A stretch of DNA of 64,000 nucleotides from Stappia sp. Its GTDB lineage: Bacteria; Pseudomonadota; Alphaproteobacteria; Rhizobiales; Stappiaceae. Position 1 is the first letter of the stretch, and the number at the start of each line of letters is the position of its first letter. The translations under genes were made by a program, and so were the position numbers. This document shows, piece after piece, positions 61,594 through 64,000 of this stretch. A model generated the notes under the pieces. That model did not search any database, was not told the origin of the DNA, and saw nothing but the letters and a program-made list of their open reading frames with translations. Where the stretch lies: assembly GCF_965228715.1 (NCBI RefSeq), contig NZ_OZ245833.1; one strand, 5' to 3'.

Positions 61594-62502
61594 ATGGAAA
61601 AACCGTCACTGGCCGATCTGGAAGCATTTGCCGTGGTTGCTGCCGAGCGCAGTTTCCGACGTGCCGCCGATCTCCTCGGTGTCTCGCGATCCGCGCTCAG
61701 TCACCGTATGAAGAAGCTGGAAGAGCAGGTAGGACTGCGGCTTTTGAACCGGACGACCCGCAGTGTTTCCCCGACAGACGCAGGATCTCGATTGCTGGAC
61801 CAACTCGGCCCGGTTCTACGGAACCTGGACTCGGCGCTCGATACGATCGCGGATGATCGCGGGACGCCCGGCGGCGTGCTGCGCATCAATGCCGACAAGG
61901 GGGCCGCCCGACTGATGCTGTGCCGGATCATGCCCGCCTATCTGGATCAATACCCGAAGGTCGAACTCGACCTCGTCAGCGAAGGGCGGCTTGTCGACAT
62001 TGTGGAACAAGGATTCGACGCGGGCGTCCGGCTCGCCGAAGCGGTTCCCCAGGACATGATCGCGGTGCGCCTTGGCGATGATTTCCGGTTTCTCGCCGTC
62101 GCCTCGCCGGATTATGTGAACCGTTTTGGCGCCCCGAATACACCGGATGACCTGCATCGCCATCGCTGCATCCGCCAGCGCCTGCCGAGCGGCAAGCGCT
62201 ATCGATGGGAGTTCGAGAAGCGCGGGCAGGAAATCGCACTTGATCCACCAGGCGCTTTGACACTGAACGACAACGACCTGATAGCCGAGGCGGCAGTCCA
62301 CGGCCTGGGCATCGCCTATGTGCCCGAAACCGCCGCATGGGATCACCTCGCGGCGGGCCGTCTGGTCCCTGTTCTCGAAGACTGGTGCCCACCGGACTCC
62401 GGCCTGATGCTGTACTACCCCGGCCATCGCCACGTGCCCGCGGCACTGCGGGCGCTGATCGACCTGGTGAAGGCGACCCGCTCCCGGGCTGGCGCTGACT
62501 AG
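61594..62502 (+). CDS. LysR-family regulator (CrgA-like)
   Basis: SFRRAA...SALS...LE...[24 protein letters not shown]. Confidence 0.93.
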   Translation: MEKPSLADLEAFAVVAAERSFRRAADLLGVSRSALSHRMKKLEEQVGLRLLNRTTRSVSPTDAGSRLLDQLGPVLRNLDSALDTIADDRGTPGGVLRINADKGAARLMLCRIMPAYLDQYPKVELDLVSEGRLVDIVEQGFDAGVRLAEAVPQDMIAVRLGDDFRFLAVASPDYVNRFGAPNTPDDLHRHRCIRQRLPSGKRYRWEFEKRGQEIALDPPGALTLNDNDLIAEAAVHGLGIAYVPETAAWDHLAAGRLVPVLEDWCPPDSGLMLYYPGHRHVPAALRALIDLVKATRSRAGAD

Positions 62503-62517
62503 CTTGGGCGCGTCCCT

Positions 62518-62715
62518 GTGAACGAGGCACGTGGGCGCGAAAGCGGCAAGGAGGCGTGCACTTGTTCGCCGTTGCCCATTGTGGATGGCAAACGACGGTA
62601 TTTGGCGCGCCTGGATGGCGACACTTCGAACGAATTGTTCGAGGTCCTGGCCGAGTGGAATACCTACCTTGAGCACCGGAAATCCGATGATTTCCCGGTG
62701 CCGCCATGCCCTTAA
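62518..62715 (+). CDS. Possible small hypothetical protein or gene remnant
   Basis: 65 aa GTG-start ORF overlapping mobC start; no motif recognised. Confidence 0.25.
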   Translation: MNEARGRESGKEACTCSPLPIVDGKRRYLARLDGDTSNELFEVLAEWNTYLEHRKSDDFPVPPCP

Positions 62716-63131
62716 AAGGTGGATTCAACAAAACCGGCAGCGCCCCGCGCTCTAAGGAAAAAGATAAGAAGCGCCCTTCGCCCTTCTGCATCCGCCTGAG
62801 CGAGGCTGACCGTGCCCGCCTGGCTATGGAGGCCGCGGGCACTCCGCTGGGTGCCTACATCAAGCAAAAAGCACTGGGCTTGCCTGCGCAGCACAAACGA
62901 ATGACCGGCCTCACCATCAAGGACCGGCAGGCGTTTGCGCAAGCCCTCGCTCTGCTCGGCCAATCGCGCCTTGCCAGCAATCTCAACCAGCTCGCCCATG
63001 CGGTGAACACTGGCTCGCTGCCGATCACCCCCGAAACCGAAAGCTTCCTGCTAGAGGCGGTCCAGGACGTGCGTGAGCTGCGCCGTCTTTTCCTGCTGGC
63101 GGTCGGAATGAAGCCGGAGGATGCGCCATGA
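62706..63131 (+). CDS. mobC: MobC-type relaxosome accessory (ribbon-helix-helix) protein
   Basis: PFCIRLSEADRARL, SNLNQLAHAVN; ATGA-coupled to relaxase. Confidence 0.82.
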   Translation: MPLKGGFNKTGSAPRSKEKDKKRPSPFCIRLSEADRARLAMEAAGTPLGAYIKQKALGLPAQHKRMTGLTIKDRQAFAQALALLGQSRLASNLNQLAHAVNTGSLPITPETESFLLEAVQDVRELRRLFLLAVGMKPEDAP

Positions 63132-64000
63132 TCCTCAAGGGCTCTCAGCGCGGCGGCGGACAGAACCTCGCCGCTCACCTGATGCGCATGGACGATAACG
63201 AGCATGTGCGCCTGCATGAGCTGCGCGGCTTTGCATCGGATGATCTGAAGAGTGCTTTCAAAGAAGCGGAAGCCATCGCACGCGGCACCAACTGCCGCCA
63301 GTATCTGTTCTCGCTGAGCCTCAATCCGCCGGAAGAAGCCAATCTAAGCGAACACGGCTTTGAGGAGGCAATCGACCGGATCGAGTCCCGCCTCGGCCTC
63401 ACCGGGCAGCCGCGCGCCATCGTTTTCCATGATAAGGAAGGACGCCGCCATGCGCATTGCGTTTGGTCGCGCACGGATGCGCAGACCATGACCGCCCGGC
63501 AGCTCTCTTTCTTCAAGAAGAAGCTGCAAGGCGTCTCCCGCGAGCTTTACCTGGAGAATGGCTGGAAGCTGCCGCGCGGACTGGAAAGCCCTGCTGAGCG
63601 CAATCCCACCAACTTCACCCTGGAAGAATGGCAGCAGGCCAAGCGCCAGGGCGTCGATCCCCGCTGGCTTAAATCCACCTTGCAGGAATACTGGAAGCAC
63701 TCAGATAGCCGCAAGGCATTCGAAAGCAGCCTCGGCGAGCGCGGCTTCCTTCTCGCCCGTGGCGACAAGCGCGGCCATGTCATCATCGATCACCACGGCG
63801 AGGTTTATTCCCTGCCGCGAATGCTTGGCGTTAATACCAAGGACGTGCGCGCCCGGCTGGGAGATGGGAGCGATCTTAAGAGCGTGGCCCAGGCGCAGGC
63901 CGTAATCGGCGAGCGCATGACCCCGGCTATCCGATGCCATGTCGAAGAATCCCGAAACCGCTTCCGGGACCGCTCGAATGACCTCGCCAAACAGAAAGAA
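63128..64000 (+). CDS. Relaxase/mobilisation nuclease, truncated by window end (not in ORF track)
   Basis: Manual translation open for 291 codons: MILKGSQRGGGQNLAAHL...QYLFSLSLNPP...AIVFHDKEGRRHAHCVWSR (HUH motif). Confidence 0.88.
   Translation, partial: MILKGSQRGGGQNLAAHLMRMDDNEHVRLHELRGFASDDLKSAFKEAEAIARGTNCRQYLFSLSLNPPEEANLSEHGFEEAIDRIESRLGLTGQPRAIVFHDKEGRRHAHCVWSRTDAQTMTARQLSFFKKKLQGVSRELYLENGWKLPRGLESPAERNPTNFTLEEWQQAKRQGVDPRWLKSTLQEYWKHSDSRKAFESSLGERGFLLARGDKRGHVIIDHHGEVYSLPRMLGVNTKDVRARLGDGSDLKSVAQAQAVIGERMTPAIRCHVEESRNRFRDRSNDLAKQKE

Larger units (their letters stand above)
62503..64000 (+). mobile_element. Left part of a mobilisable integrated element or plasmid-derived segment (boundaries unresolved)
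   Basis: mobC-relaxase pair in a chromosomal context, codon usage less GC-skewed than host genes. Confidence 0.65.

Overview
High-GC alphaproteobacterial chromosome segment (Hyphomicrobiales-like gene set; genus not determinable from sequence alone). It is mostly housekeeping and catabolic genes: pyrF (partial), hisB-DUF2628-hisH-hisA-hisF-hisE-coaA, folC-accD-trpA, murJ-glnD, XRE-Smr-mltA-tim44/fxsA and polA. Catabolic clusters are a gamma-glutamylation (ethanolamine-type) TRAP cluster, a BMP-family ABC transporter, a homogentisate cluster and a hexuronide cluster (uxuA, UxuR-like regulator, GH2, GH31, split TRAP). Small accessory insertions are the most interesting part. (i) An arsR-less arsC-acr3-arsC-arsH cassette sits between the normally adjacent divergent pecM and pecS genes and is flanked by an exact 15-bp direct repeat of the palindromic operator/-35 element. 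(ii) An AT-rich two-gene islet between coaA and folC encodes a minimal amino-DNA methyltransferase and a convergent stand-alone winged-helix protein, with no nuclease. (iii) A lower-GC, translationally coupled pair of unknown genes lies inside the his operon. (iv) The start of a mobC-relaxase module runs off the right end. No rRNA, tRNA, CRISPR array, integrase or transposase was recognised. All assignments come from motif recognition by eye; no database searches were run.
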